This document shows, in pieces, positions 9,950 through 20,331 of a DNA stretch of 32,000 nt. The stretch is from the NCBI RefSeq assembly GCF_000185985.2, contig NC_014909.2, forward strand, positions 390,001 to 422,000, in the 5' to 3' direction. The notes below the pieces were generated by a model that worked only from the letters and a program-made list of their open reading frames with translations, was not told the DNA's origin and ran no database searches. Position numbers and translations under genes: made by a program. The DNA comes from Candidatus Saccharimonadota bacterium (GTDB taxonomy: Bacteria > Pseudomonadota > Gammaproteobacteria > Enterobacterales > Enterobacteriaceae). How positions within the stretch are numbered: the stretch's first letter is position 1; the number at the start of each line of letters is the position of its first letter.

Positions 9950-9957
9950 ATATTATT
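9940..9957 (+). promoter_or_regulatory. infC translation-initiation region: GGAGGA Shine-Dalgarno (overlapping the thrS stop) plus a non-canonical AUU start codon
   Basis: GGAGGA at 9940-9945 and ATT at 9955-9957. ATT AAA ATT GGA AAA AAG ATG CAA reads (M)KIGKKMQ, matching E. coli IF3 (M)KGGKRVQ at identical spacing from the conserved RIN.EI. Confidence 0.6.
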
Positions 9958-10554
9958 AAAATTGGAAAAAAGATGCAATCATTTAGATTGCATCGTATTA
10001 ATAGAGAAATTACTTTACATAAAACTAGATTAACCGGAGTAGATGGTAAACAAATTGGAATTGTGGATTTTAATGAAGCAATTAAACAAGCTGAATCAGT
10101 TGGATTGGATTTAGTTGAGATTAGCCCAAATTCTGATCCTCCAGTATGTAAGATCATGGATTACGGAAAGTTTTTATATGAAAAAAGTAAATCGACAAAA
10201 GAACAAAAGAAAAAACAAAAAATAATTCACGTTAAGGAAATAAAATTTCGACCTTCTACTGACGAAGGCGATTATCAAACAAAATTACGTAATATAATTA
10301 AATTTTTAAGTGAAGGCTGTAAAATTAAAATTACTTTACGTTTCCGAGGTGGAGAATTAATTCATCATCAGATTGGAATGAAAGTATTATACCGTATACG
10401 CAATGAGCTACATGAACTAGCAACAATTGAATTTTTTCCAAAAAAAATTGAAGGACGACAAATGACTATGATTTTAATTCCAAAAAAAATTATTAATAAA
10501 ACAAATTATTCTAAAAATTATAACAATGATACTAATCATGACATAATAAATTAA
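9955..10554 (+). CDS. infC: Translation initiation factor IF-3 (probable AUU start; the first ATG is at 9973)
   Basis: Collinear with E. coli IF3 ([54 protein letters not shown]). It carries about 20 extra N/K/I-rich residues at the C-terminus. Confidence 0.9.
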   Translation: MKIGKKMQSFRLHRINREITLHKTRLTGVDGKQIGIVDFNEAIKQAESVGLDLVEISPNSDPPVCKIMDYGKFLYEKSKSTKEQKKKQKIIHVKEIKFRPSTDEGDYQTKLRNIIKFLSEGCKIKITLRFRGGELIHHQIGMKVLYRIRNELHELATIEFFPKKIEGRQMTMILIPKKIINKTNYSKNYNNDTNHDIIN

Positions 10555-10596
10555 AAAATAATTGATGGTTTAATCTACACTGATTGAGAATAGTCT

Positions 10597-10794
10597 ATGC
10601 CTAAAATTAAAACATTAAAAAGTGCTAAAAAAAGATTCACCAAAACATCTTCAGGTAAATATAAATATAAACATGCCTACACTAGACATATTTTAACTAA
10701 AAAATCTTCAAAACTTAAACGTCATTTAAGACACAGATCTGTTTTATCTAACATGTATATAAGCAAAATTACAAAAATTTTACCCTATATATAA
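10597..10794 (+). CDS. rpmI: 50S ribosomal protein L35
   Basis: 65-aa basic ORF beginning MPKIKT.K.A.KRF, in the conserved infC-rpmI-rplT position. Confidence 0.93.
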   Translation: MPKIKTLKSAKKRFTKTSSGKYKYKHAYTRHILTKKSSKLKRHLRHRSVLSNMYISKITKILPYI

Positions 10795-10885
10795 AAAAGT
10801 AGATATGTGCTTTAATGATATACACAAATTATAAGAATGATAACATTATAACAAATAAATTATTCATATATTCAAAGGGGCATAT

Positions 10886-11242
10886 ATGATGACTCGTGTA
10901 AAAAATAGCATTATAGCTCGTGCTAGACATAAAAAAATTTTAAAACAAGCATCTGGTTATTACGGAGCTCGGTCACGAACATATCGAGTTGCTTATCAAT
11001 CAATCTTAAAATCTGGACAATACTCATATCGCGATCGTCGACAAAAAAAACGTTTGTTTAGAAAATTATGGATTAATCAAATTAATGCAGCATCTCGTCA
11101 GTATGGTATTACTTATAATATCCTAATAAATGCCTTACGTAAATCTTCTATTAATATTAATAGAAAAATACTCGCCAAATTAGCTCAATCTGATAAAGTA
11201 AGCTTTTTCAGTATTATAAAAAATTCTGTAAAAACTATATGA
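10886..11242 (+). CDS. rplT: 50S ribosomal protein L20
   Basis: 118 aa matching E. coli L20 (ARVK...[26 protein letters not shown]...K.GQY.YRDRRQ.KR.FR.LWI..INAA.RQ). The start could also be the second ATG at 10889. Confidence 0.95.
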   Translation: MMTRVKNSIIARARHKKILKQASGYYGARSRTYRVAYQSILKSGQYSYRDRRQKKRLFRKLWINQINAASRQYGITYNILINALRKSSININRKILAKLAQSDKVSFFSIIKNSVKTI

Positions 11243-11324
11243 GACACAACATATATACACTATTTTATACAATATTACATTAAACATTATATATAATATA
11301 TTATGAACAATTTCTTAAAATAAA

Positions 11325-12338
11325 ATGCTAAAAAATCTATTAGACAATTTGGTAAATCAGGCAAAAAAAAAATTAATAGCATCTAACAATATAGGGGATT
11401 TAGAGTCTATACGAGTTGCTTTTCTAGGAAAAAATGGATATATAAATCAACAACTTAAATTATTAAATCCTACAAAATTAAATATGAATCCAGAATTGGG
11501 AGCTTCTATAAATCAAGCAAAAAAAGACATATATAATTTATTTCTGAAACAAAAAAAAACAATACAATCACAAATTATAAAACACTCTTTACACACACAA
11601 ATATCGGACATTACTTTACCTGGTCGTCAATCAGAAATAGGTGCATTTCATCCTATAACTAGCGTTATAGAGCAAACAAAAATATTTTTCAATCATTTAG
11701 GGTTTTCAGAGGTAGATGGACCAGAAATCGAAAATGATTACTTTAATTTTGATGCTTTAAATATTCCTAAGAATCATCCTTCTAGAAATCAACATGATAC
11801 TTTTTGGTTTGACACAAACCTATTGCTTAGAACCCATACTTCTGGAATTCAAATACGTTGTATGCTTTATGAAACTCCTCCAATGCGTATCATGTCTATT
11901 GGAAAAGTATATCGAAAAGATTATGATAACAAACACACTCCCATGTTTCATCAAATAGAGGGTTTTATGGTAGACTCTAATTTAAATTTAATGAACCTAA
12001 AAAAAATATTATATGACTTTTTACATAATTTTTTCAAAAAAGATATAACTTTACGTTTTAGGCCTTCTTATTTTCCGTTCACTGAACCTTCCGCAGAAAT
12101 AGATATTTTATATACTACCAATACCATCCAATCAAAACAACCGGAGGATAAATGGATAGAATTATTAGGATGCGGAATGATACATCCAAAAGTATTAAGT
12201 AATGTAGGTATCGATACAAAAAAATTTTCAGGTTTTGCTTTTGGAATAGGAATAGAACGATTAGCAATGTTATTATACCACATTACCGACATGCGAGTTC
12301 TGTTCGAGAATGATATACAATTTCTTAATCAATTTTAA
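11325..12338 (+). CDS. pheS: Phenylalanyl-tRNA synthetase alpha subunit
   Basis: 337 aa with class II motifs ([25 protein letters not shown]). Located in the conserved position upstream of pheT. Confidence 0.95.
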   Translation: MLKNLLDNLVNQAKKKLIASNNIGDLESIRVAFLGKNGYINQQLKLLNPTKLNMNPELGASINQAKKDIYNLFLKQKKTIQSQIIKHSLHTQISDITLPGRQSEIGAFHPITSVIEQTKIFFNHLGFSEVDGPEIENDYFNFDALNIPKNHPSRNQHDTFWFDTNLLLRTHTSGIQIRCMLYETPPMRIMSIGKVYRKDYDNKHTPMFHQIEGFMVDSNLNLMNLKKILYDFLHNFFKKDITLRFRPSYFPFTEPSAEIDILYTTNTIQSKQPEDKWIELLGCGMIHPKVLSNVGIDTKKFSGFAFGIGIERLAMLLYHITDMRVLFENDIQFLNQF

Positions 12339-12382
12339 TATTTCAATACAATTATATATATTGTATCAAGGAGCAATTTATT

Positions 12383-14794
12383 ATGAAATATAGCGAACTA
12401 TGGTTACGAAAATGGACCAACCCACCGGTTACTCATAATGAGCTAATAAATCAATTAACCATGGCTGGATTTAATGTAAATGAAACTCAATCTATTATTT
12501 TAAATAAGTTTTACGGGGTAGTTATTGCAGAAATTATAAACTTTAAAATACATCCAAATGTTGATAATACATGGATTATTACCATAAATAATGGTACTAA
12601 CAAATTAATCAGCATTATTTCTGATAATCACATTAATTATAGAAAAAAAATGAAGGTAGTTGTAGCAAACATAGGGGCTCTATTACCAGATGGTCAAGTG
12701 GTTACATCAAAAATTATACAAGGTATAAAATCAGAAGGTATTTTATGTACTTTTTCAACATTAGGTCTACATAATAATAGAAAAGATATTATAGAGTTAC
12801 CTGATAATGCACCTATCGGATATGATTTTTACGATTACTTAGATTTAAATGATAAAATAATTGATGTTGACATCACCCCTAACAGAGGAGATTGTTTAAG
12901 TATAATTGGACTTGCTAGAGAAATAGCTTCTATAAATAAATTACAATTAAAAAAACTAATAATCAATACTATTATTCCAACTACTCATGAAACTATTCCT
13001 ATTAGGATTGAAGAACCAAAATTTTGCCCTAAATTTTTAGGTAAAATTATAAAAAATATCAATATTAACGTTCCTACTCCTCTAAAAATACAAGAGAAAT
13101 TACGTCGCTGTGGAATTCGTTCAACAAATATAGTAGAAGATATTACAAATTATGTTGTATTAGAATTAGGACATCCAATACATATATATGATTACGAAAA
13201 AATTAATAAAAACGAAATTATTATAAGATTATCTAAACCAGGTGAAAAATTAATCTTTGATGAAAAAAATATCAATATTAAACTATTTGAAAACACATTA
13301 ATTATCTCTGATCGTAATAAGCCATTAGCTATTGCTGGGCTTGAAATAGAAAATAAATCAAATATTTCTCTAAAAACTTCTAATATATTTATACAAGTTT
13401 CTTTTTTAGATCCAACAGTAATCATAAAACAATCTAAATTGTATAATTTCCATCATTTTTATACAATGCAATATGAACGAGGAGTAGATTGCAACATATC
13501 TGAGTTAACGTTAAATTATTTTACGGAATTATTAATAAAAAATTGCAATGGACATGTAGGCCCAACTATAAAAATTATTAATAAAAAATTTATACCTAAA
13601 ATAAAAAAAATTAAATTACAACGGGCTAAATTAAATTCAATACTTGGTTTTCATGTAGAAACTCAAGACATTTCAAATATTTTAAAAAGTCTGGGTTTTA
13701 AAATAAATGTCAAAGATAATCTATGGATTGTATCGATTCCAACTTGGCGTTTTGATATCAATATAGAAGAAAATTTAATATCTGAAATTATACGTATATA
13801 TGGATATAACAAAATCCCACAAGATTCAATTAAAACTGTATTAATCCCAAATTCTCTGCATACCCAACTTTCAAATGAAACAGTTACATTATCTAAATCC
13901 AAAATTATATTAATAGATCGAGGATATCAAGAAATAATTACATATAGTTTTATAAATCCTAATATTCAAAAATTAATGAAATTTCAAGATATAACTCCAT
14001 TCACTTTAATTAATCCTATAAATCAAGAAATGTCTGTTATGAGATTATCTTTATGGCCAGGCCTTATTAAAACGATGTTATATAATCAAAATAGACAACA
14101 AAAAGATATTCGATTATTTGAAAGTGGAATGTGTTTTATCCCAAATAAAAATAATAATGACCAAGTATCTCACCAATTTATGTTATCCGGAATAAGATCC
14201 GAATTTAAAAATAACGAACATTGGGACTCAAAAATATCTTCAATAGATTTTTATGACATTAAAGGAGATGTGGAATCTGTATTAAATATGATTTATAGAC
14301 ACAATCAAATTATATTTAAAAGCTGTATTCATCCTGCACTACATCCTGGACAAAGAGCTGAAATATATTGTAATAATATACTAATAGGATATATAGGAAT
14401 GATTCATCCTAAAATACAACATTTATTAGGTTTACGTGCAAATATATTGATGTTTGAATTATTTTGGGATGCAATCCCTAAATTTACATTATCTCAAATT
14501 ACCTCTGTTTCTAAATTTCCGAAAAATCATCGAGATATTTCTTTTGTTCTACCAATATACATTTCTGCATCAGCTGTAATTGATGAATTAAAAAAACTTA
14601 ATATTAATCAATTGATTTGCATTAAATTAATTGATTTATATACAGGAAAAAAAATTCCAATTGGATTCAAAAGCTTTACTATTAAACTAACTTTTCAAAG
14701 TAATACGCATACATTCCAAGAACAAGAAATTAAAGAAATACTGAATACATGTATTATTACATTACAAAAACGTTTTCATATTATTTTAAGATAA
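12383..14794 (+). CDS. pheT: Phenylalanyl-tRNA synthetase beta subunit
   Basis: 803 aa (E. coli 795). N-terminus MKYSELWLRKW and the TPNRGDCLS.IG.AREI motif. AAGGAG SD lies 8 nt upstream. Confidence 0.95.
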   Translation: MKYSELWLRKWTNPPVTHNELINQLTMAGFNVNETQSIILNKFYGVVIAEIINFKIHPNVDNTWIITINNGTNKLISIISDNHINYRKKMKVVVANIGALLPDGQVVTSKIIQGIKSEGILCTFSTLGLHNNRKDIIELPDNAPIGYDFYDYLDLNDKIIDVDITPNRGDCLSIIGLAREIASINKLQLKKLIINTIIPTTHETIPIRIEEPKFCPKFLGKIIKNININVPTPLKIQEKLRRCGIRSTNIVEDITNYVVLELGHPIHIYDYEKINKNEIIIRLSKPGEKLIFDEKNINIKLFENTLIISDRNKPLAIAGLEIENKSNISLKTSNIFIQVSFLDPTVIIKQSKLYNFHHFYTMQYERGVDCNISELTLNYFTELLIKNCNGHVGPTIKIINKKFIPKIKKIKLQRAKLNSILGFHVETQDISNILKSLGFKINVKDNLWIVSIPTWRFDINIEENLISEIIRIYGYNKIPQDSIKTVLIPNSLHTQLSNETVTLSKSKIILIDRGYQEIITYSFINPNIQKLMKFQDITPFTLINPINQEMSVMRLSLWPGLIKTMLYNQNRQQKDIRLFESGMCFIPNKNNNDQVSHQFMLSGIRSEFKNNEHWDSKISSIDFYDIKGDVESVLNMIYRHNQIIFKSCIHPALHPGQRAEIYCNNILIGYIGMIHPKIQHLLGLRANILMFELFWDAIPKFTLSQITSVSKFPKNHRDISFVLPIYISASAVIDELKKLNINQLICIKLIDLYTGKKIPIGFKSFTIKLTFQSNTHTFQEQEIKEILNTCIITLQKRFHIILR

Positions 14795-14999
14795 AATTTT
14801 ATTTTTTAGAATTATCTTAAACTCTTATTAAATTTATCAATAAACTGTATTGTTCTTATAATAAAGAATACCTTTTATAAAAAAATGATATTAAATAACT
14901 GTTTATAATTTTATTTATTGTACAATATAATAAAATTATTTATATCCATACATTAAAAGTAATACTAATTTTTATTAAGCTTATTATAAAGGAAAAATT

Positions 15000-16016
15000 A
15001 TGACGTCTCTACGATTGTTAGTTTCTAACTCTTATAATCCATGGTTTAATTTATCCTTAGAAGAACATACATTTCAAAATATGGAGAAAAATCAATCCAT
15101 ATTATTTCTTTGGAGAAATCAAAACACAGTAGTTATTGGAAGAGCTCAAAATGCTTGGAAAGAATGTAATACCCGCCGTATGACCCGAGATGGAATTAAG
15201 TTAGCTCGGAGATATAGTGGAGGAGGAGCTGTATTTCATGATTTAGGAAATACCTGCTTTACTTTTATGTCTACTCAACCAAAATATAACAAAAATATAT
15301 CTTTAAACATAATTTTAAATGGATTAAATACTTTAGGAATTAAAGCTATAATTTCCGGAAGAAACGATATAGTTGTAGATACAACACAAGGACAACGAAA
15401 AATTAGTGGATCTGCGTATCGTAAAACAACGGATCGCCAATTACATCACGGTACGTTACTGTTAAATGTAAATCTCAATAAATTAACTTATTATTTAAAC
15501 CCAGATTTTAAAAAATTAGAAAGTAAAGGTATTTCTTCCATAAAATCAAGAATAATTAACCTTAACAAACTAAAACCAGATATTGATCATGAAGAAGTTT
15601 GTCATACGATACAACAAGCTTTCTTTAAATATCATCAAGCATCTGAACAACAACCAGAATTAATTTCTATAAATGATTTGAATCATGTAATAGAATTTTC
15701 TAAACAATTTAATAAACAACGTAGTTGGGATTGGAATTTTGGCAATACCCCATCATTTACTCATTTATTAGACAAAAGATTTGATTGGGGAGGAGTAGAA
15801 CTACACTTTGACATTGAACATGGAATAATCAATCGTAGTCAAATTTTTACTGATAGCTTAGATCCTGCTCCATTAGAAGAACTATCAAAAAAACTAATAG
15901 GAATCCCGTATAATTCTAGTAGTATACAAAACTGCTGTATAAAATGGATGGAAAATTGGCCTAAATTAAAAGAATTAGAAGAAGTAAAACTTTGGTTAGT
16001 AAAGAGTATTATTTAA
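15000..16016 (+). CDS. lplA: Lipoate-protein ligase A
   Basis: 338 aa, collinear with E. coli LplA (LRLL.S.SY.PWFNL..EE, LFLWRN..TVVIGRAQN.WKECNTRRM, RR.SGGGAVFHDLGNTCFTFM, KISGSAYR, HHGTLLLN). Confidence 0.95.
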   Translation: MTSLRLLVSNSYNPWFNLSLEEHTFQNMEKNQSILFLWRNQNTVVIGRAQNAWKECNTRRMTRDGIKLARRYSGGGAVFHDLGNTCFTFMSTQPKYNKNISLNIILNGLNTLGIKAIISGRNDIVVDTTQGQRKISGSAYRKTTDRQLHHGTLLLNVNLNKLTYYLNPDFKKLESKGISSIKSRIINLNKLKPDIDHEEVCHTIQQAFFKYHQASEQQPELISINDLNHVIEFSKQFNKQRSWDWNFGNTPSFTHLLDKRFDWGGVELHFDIEHGIINRSQIFTDSLDPAPLEELSKKLIGIPYNSSSIQNCCIKWMENWPKLKELEEVKLWLVKSII

Positions 16017-16339
16017 TTAATATTTTAAACTATTTTAGTATAAAATATATACCATTGTCTCAAAAGTTATTTAAATTATATATAACTATTATAAGACTAA
16101 AAGTTAATCGAGGCACATATAATGCTGAAAAATTTATAATAACTATTGTATTATATTAATAATAATATTAACTATACTCTGTAATTTATGCATTTAATTA
16201 CGTAAATAAATAATTATTTATGTAATCTTTAAAAAAAAAATAAAGAGAATATTGACATATTCTTCAATTATTTCAACAAATTTTAATAAACGCTAATTAT
16301 AATTTTATAAAAATTAATTAATTTTAATGGGTAGTTACA

Positions 16340-16729
16340 ATGCAAAACACTATTGTACATAGTAATACATTTTTAAAATCCAATAAAAACATTCCTTGGA
16401 AAGGAGTTACATTAACAGATTCTGCAGCACAGCACATTCTTCAATTAATAAATAGAGAATCAAAAATTTTAGGATTAAAAATAACCATTAAAAAATCAGG
16501 ATGTGCTGGATTAACTTATCAATTAAGTAAAGTGTTTTATCCTGAACAAAATACCGTAGTTTATGAACATAATAGAGCTAAACTATTCGTTCCAATAAAT
16601 ATCATGCCTATTATTGACGGTACAGAATTAGATTACATTCAGGACGGTTTAAACTATTCATTTAAATTTAATAACCCTAAAGCTCAATTTCACTGTGGTT
16701 GTGGAGAAAGTTTTAGAATATATAAATAG
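16340..16729 (+). CDS. sufA: Fe-S cluster A-type carrier SufA
   Basis: 129 aa with the A-type carrier cysteines (GCAG ... CGCGESF). First gene of the sufABCDSE order. Confidence 0.92.
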   Translation: MQNTIVHSNTFLKSNKNIPWKGVTLTDSAAQHILQLINRESKILGLKITIKKSGCAGLTYQLSKVFYPEQNTVVYEHNRAKLFVPINIMPIIDGTELDYIQDGLNYSFKFNNPKAQFHCGCGESFRIYK

Positions 16730-16740
16730 GTATAATAATT

Positions 16741-18240
16741 ATGTTAAATAAAATTTCTAATATGGATGATATAGATCCAAAATTCAAACATAAAAATACA
16801 ATAAATTATAAAGAGGGATTTTTTACAACGTTACAAAGTGAAGAATTTAATAAAGGAATTAATGAAAACGTAATTAGAGCTATTTCAAAAAAAAGATTAG
16901 AACCAGCATGGATGTTAAAGTTTAGATTATCAGGGTATCATGCGTGGAAAAATATGAAAGAACCACATTGGTTAAAAGGACATTACGACAAATTAGACTA
17001 CAATGCTTATAGTTATTATTCAGCTCCCATTTGCACTGCAAATAATCAAAACAATAAACAAAAAAACGATCCAGTAAATACTTCAGATAAATCTAAATTT
17101 TTAAATAAAGAAGTAGAAAAAACATTTAATAAATTAGGTATACCACTCAATGACGAAGGGCAAGTAGCAATTGATGCGATTTTTGATTCTGTTTCTGTAT
17201 CTACTACATATCGACAAACTTTATTAAAAAAAGGAATCATTTTTTGCTCTTTGAATGATGCTATTCATGATTATCCTCACTTAGTACAAAAATATTTAGG
17301 AACAGTAGTATCCTTTAATGATAATTTTTTTGCTGCATTAAACGCTGCAGTAATGTCTGATGGAACTTTTATATATATTCCTAAAAATGTACGATGCCCT
17401 ATGGAATTATCTACATACTTTCGCATAAATTCAAAAATCACTGGCCAATTTGAGCGTACAATTTTAATTGCAGATATAGGTAGTTATGTCAGTTATATTG
17501 AAGGATGTTCAGCTCCAGCCCATAATAATTATCAGCTTCATGCAGCTGTAGTAGAAGTTATCGTGTTAAAAAATGCTCAAGTCAAATATTCAACAGTACA
17601 AAATTGGTTTTCTGGAAACACGAAAAACTCTAAAAACGGAATTTTAAATTTTGTTACTAAACGAGCATTATGCGCTGAAGAAAATTCTAAAATGTCTTGG
17701 ACCCAATCTGAATCCGGATCCGCTATAACTTGGAAATATCCAAGTATCATTTTAAAAGGTAATAATGCTGTTGGAGAATTTTTTTCAGTAGCTATCACCA
17801 ATGGATTTCAACAAGCTGATACTGGTACAAAAATGATTCATCTTGGAGAAAATACTCGTTCTACTATTATTTCAAAAGGAATTTCTGTCGGTAATAGTCA
17901 AAACACTTACCGAGGATTAGTGAAAATTATGCCAACTGCTTTTCACGCACGAAACTTTACTCAATGTGATTCCATGTTGATTGGCAACAAATGTGGGGCT
18001 CATACTTTTCCGTACATAGAATCTCATAATAATACCGCTCAACTAGAACATGAAGCCACAACCTCAAAAATTAATGATGATCAATTATTTTATTGTAGAC
18101 AACGTGGCATTACTGAAGATAATGCTATTTCTATGATTGTAAATGGATTCTGCAAGGAGATATTATCAGAATTACCTTTAGAATTTTCTGTTGAAGCTCG
18201 TAAATTATTAGAAATAACCTTAGAGCATAGTGTAGGATAA
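16741..18240 (+). CDS. sufB: Fe-S cluster scaffold SufB
   Basis: 499 aa, highly similar to E. coli SufB (VAIDAIFDSVSV.TTYR, YVSYIEGCSAP, KMSWTQSE.GSAITWKYPS, C-terminal LEHSVG). Confidence 0.97.
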   Translation: MLNKISNMDDIDPKFKHKNTINYKEGFFTTLQSEEFNKGINENVIRAISKKRLEPAWMLKFRLSGYHAWKNMKEPHWLKGHYDKLDYNAYSYYSAPICTANNQNNKQKNDPVNTSDKSKFLNKEVEKTFNKLGIPLNDEGQVAIDAIFDSVSVSTTYRQTLLKKGIIFCSLNDAIHDYPHLVQKYLGTVVSFNDNFFAALNAAVMSDGTFIYIPKNVRCPMELSTYFRINSKITGQFERTILIADIGSYVSYIEGCSAPAHNNYQLHAAVVEVIVLKNAQVKYSTVQNWFSGNTKNSKNGILNFVTKRALCAEENSKMSWTQSESGSAITWKYPSIILKGNNAVGEFFSVAITNGFQQADTGTKMIHLGENTRSTIISKGISVGNSQNTYRGLVKIMPTAFHARNFTQCDSMLIGNKCGAHTFPYIESHNNTAQLEHEATTSKINDDQLFYCRQRGITEDNAISMIVNGFCKEILSELPLEFSVEARKLLEITLEHSVG

Positions 18241-18313
18241 AATCATAGTTTACATTAAAGATAATATATTTTTAATTCGACAAAAATTTCATAAATATCA
18301 GAGGAATAAAAAA

Positions 18314-19054
18314 GTGCTACTATCAATACAAAACTTAAATGTTAATATACAAGAAACATCTATTCTTAAAAAGTTCAATTTAGAAATTAATTTTGGGGAA
18401 ATACATATAATTATGGGACCCAATGGATCTGGAAAAAGCACATTATCATCTGTCATATCTGGTCAACAAAATTATATTGTTACTAATGGAAAAATTTTAT
18501 TTAAAGGAAAAGACTTGCTATCATTAAAACCAGAGGAACGCGCAGGAGAAGGAATTTTTGTAGCATTACAATATCCGGTAGAAATTCCAGGTATTAGCAA
18601 TCAATTGTTTTTATATAGTGCTGTTAACGCGCTTAGAAAATACAGAAAACAACCTCCTATAGATCGTTTTACATTTCTTAATTCTGTTCAAGAAAAAATG
18701 AAATTATTAAAAATGCCTGAAGATTTATTATCTAGATCAGTAAATGTTGGATTTTCAGGGGGAGAAAAAAAACGAAATGATATATTGCAAATGATGATGT
18801 TAGAACCCATATTATGCATTTTAGATGAAACAGATTCTGGATTAGATATTGATGCTATCAAAATTGTTTATAATGGACTTAATTTTTTACGTAATAAAAC
18901 ACGAGCATTCATCATTATCACTCATTATGAAAGAATTTTAGAATATATTAAACCAGACTATGTACATATTTTATATAAAGGTCATATTAGGAAATCCGGA
19001 GATCTAACATTAGTCACCAAACTCGAGGAAAAAGGTTATGGTTGGATATGTTAA
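18314..19054 (+). CDS. sufC: Fe-S cluster assembly ATPase SufC (GTG start)
   Basis: 246 aa with Walker A GPNGSGKST, the ABC signature SVNVGFSGGEKKRNDILQM and Walker B ILDE.DSGLDID. GAGGAA SD lies 8 nt upstream of the GTG. Confidence 0.96.
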   Translation: MLLSIQNLNVNIQETSILKKFNLEINFGEIHIIMGPNGSGKSTLSSVISGQQNYIVTNGKILFKGKDLLSLKPEERAGEGIFVALQYPVEIPGISNQLFLYSAVNALRKYRKQPPIDRFTFLNSVQEKMKLLKMPEDLLSRSVNVGFSGGEKKRNDILQMMMLEPILCILDETDSGLDIDAIKIVYNGLNFLRNKTRAFIIITHYERILEYIKPDYVHILYKGHIRKSGDLTLVTKLEEKGYGWIC

Positions 19055-20330
19055 GGATAGTAAAACTCAAATATTGCGCCAATGGTATCTATTATTCAAA
19101 CAACAACATAATAATTGTCTTTCTAATGCAGATATCAAACATTGGGAATTTGTAAAAAAATATAAAGCAACAGATAATACATATAATCTTAATAATTTTA
19201 ATTTCTTTGAAAATTTGTCGAAATATCATTTTATAATTAATTCAAATTTAAATATTGATATATGTCTATACAATTCCATAAAACTTCCTATCGACTGTTA
19301 TCGTGTGGTATTTATTAATGGGCAATTTTCCTTCAAATTCAGCGATAAAATAATTGATCCATGGATATTAACAATCCATCAAGGTTCTAAGCGGTATAAC
19401 ATATTTAATCCTCCCATTTGTCCAACAATGTTCTCGTATTTAACTGAATGTTTAAGTGATACTACAATACATATAAAATTACCTAAATCAATTGAAACAA
19501 AAAAACCATTATATTTACTACATATTAATTCAGGCACTAAAATACCTAATCAGTTATCTCTATCGAATTCTCACTATTATTTAGAAACAGAACAATACAC
19601 TAACACATCTATTATAGAACATTTCGTTGGTATAAATGAAAATAGTTATTTGTTTAATACTAGATCATCCATCCTTATAGGCAAACAATCTAAACTCAAT
19701 CATATTAGTTTAATATATGAAAATCAATCCAGCTATCATATATCAAATCAGGATATCAATATCAATAGTTGCGCTCATGCAAATAGCAACGTATTTATTA
19801 TTTCAGGTTCTAAATTTACATCCCATCAAATAAATTCTAAAATTAATCACTCCCAATCATTTTTATCTTTAAATAGTTTAACTATTTTATTAAATAAAGA
19901 AATTGGTAAAATACAAACATATGTAGAACATAATAATCAAAATCATGCTACAAGTGAGCAATTACATAAAATTATAGCAAATGATCATAGTACTGGAGTA
20001 TTTCAGGGTTTAATTAAAGTCAATAAAAATTCTATAAAAACTGATAGTAAAATGACTAATAATAATTTATTATTAAATAAATCTGCTTCGGTATATAGCA
20101 AACCAAAGCTCGAAATTTATTCCGATTCTGTTCAATGTGGTCATGGAGCAACAGTAGGATGTATTGATATGAATCATGTATTTTATTTAAATACACGAGG
20201 TATTGTAAAAAAAGATGCAATTAATATGTTAATTTATGCATTTACTATAGAAATTACAAAAAACATTACGCACCCGTTTCTGCAAGACGTAACAACACAA
20301 AAAATTAATCATATCTTATCAGGAATGTAA
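19038..20330 (+). CDS. sufD: Fe-S cluster assembly protein SufD
   Basis: 430 aa with C-terminal conservation to E. coli SufD (IKTD..MTNNNLL, KP.LEIY.D.V.C.HGATVG.ID....FYL..RGI). Overlaps the sufC end by 17 nt. Confidence 0.92.
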   Translation: MVGYVKDSKTQILRQWYLLFKQQHNNCLSNADIKHWEFVKKYKATDNTYNLNNFNFFENLSKYHFIINSNLNIDICLYNSIKLPIDCYRVVFINGQFSFKFSDKIIDPWILTIHQGSKRYNIFNPPICPTMFSYLTECLSDTTIHIKLPKSIETKKPLYLLHINSGTKIPNQLSLSNSHYYLETEQYTNTSIIEHFVGINENSYLFNTRSSILIGKQSKLNHISLIYENQSSYHISNQDININSCAHANSNVFIISGSKFTSHQINSKINHSQSFLSLNSLTILLNKEIGKIQTYVEHNNQNHATSEQLHKIIANDHSTGVFQGLIKVNKNSIKTDSKMTNNNLLLNKSASVYSKPKLEIYSDSVQCGHGATVGCIDMNHVFYLNTRGIVKKDAINMLIYAFTIEITKNITHPFLQDVTTQKINHILSGM

Positions 20331-20331
20331 T

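Noticed and set aside
9550-10157. Two minus-strand ORFs (9550..9780 and 9930..10157) antisense to thrS and infC
   Set aside because: Both lie entirely inside highly conserved genes on the opposite strand and show no recognisable motifs. They are chance open frames.
11303-11323. Mini-ORF MNNFLK* directly upstream of pheS, considered as a pheM leader-peptide remnant
   Set aside because: It has only one Phe codon, against the Phe-rich 14-aa E. coli leader. No terminator/antiterminator hairpins fit into the 82-bp rplT-pheS gap, and such tiny ORFs are expected by chance. Attenuation control seems to be lost.
12068-13902. Three minus-strand ORFs (12068..12292, 13192..13425, 13663..13902) antisense to pheS and pheT
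   Set aside because: Same reasoning: short, antisense to conserved aminoacyl-tRNA synthetase genes, with no signal of independent coding.
14847-14880. Weak bulged hairpin (GTATT..CTT / AAGAATAC) followed by CTTTTAT after pheT, considered as a rho-independent terminator
   Set aside because: The stem is short, bulged and AT-rich, and the U-tract is interrupted. It is not distinguishable from background, so I did not list it as a feature.
16246-16263. Inverted repeat AGAATAT-TGAC-ATATTCT overlapping a TTGACA hexamer upstream of sufA, considered as a Fur/IscR-type operator or promoter
   Set aside because: I estimate about ten chance occurrences of 7-bp AT-rich arms per fixed spacing in 32 kb of this composition. 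No properly spaced -10 follows the TTGACA, and the sequence matches neither the Fur nor the IscR consensus as I know them.
17046-17801. Two minus-strand ORFs (17046..17240, 17577..17801) antisense to sufB
   Set aside because: They are embedded in the most conserved gene of the suf operon and are spurious antisense frames.
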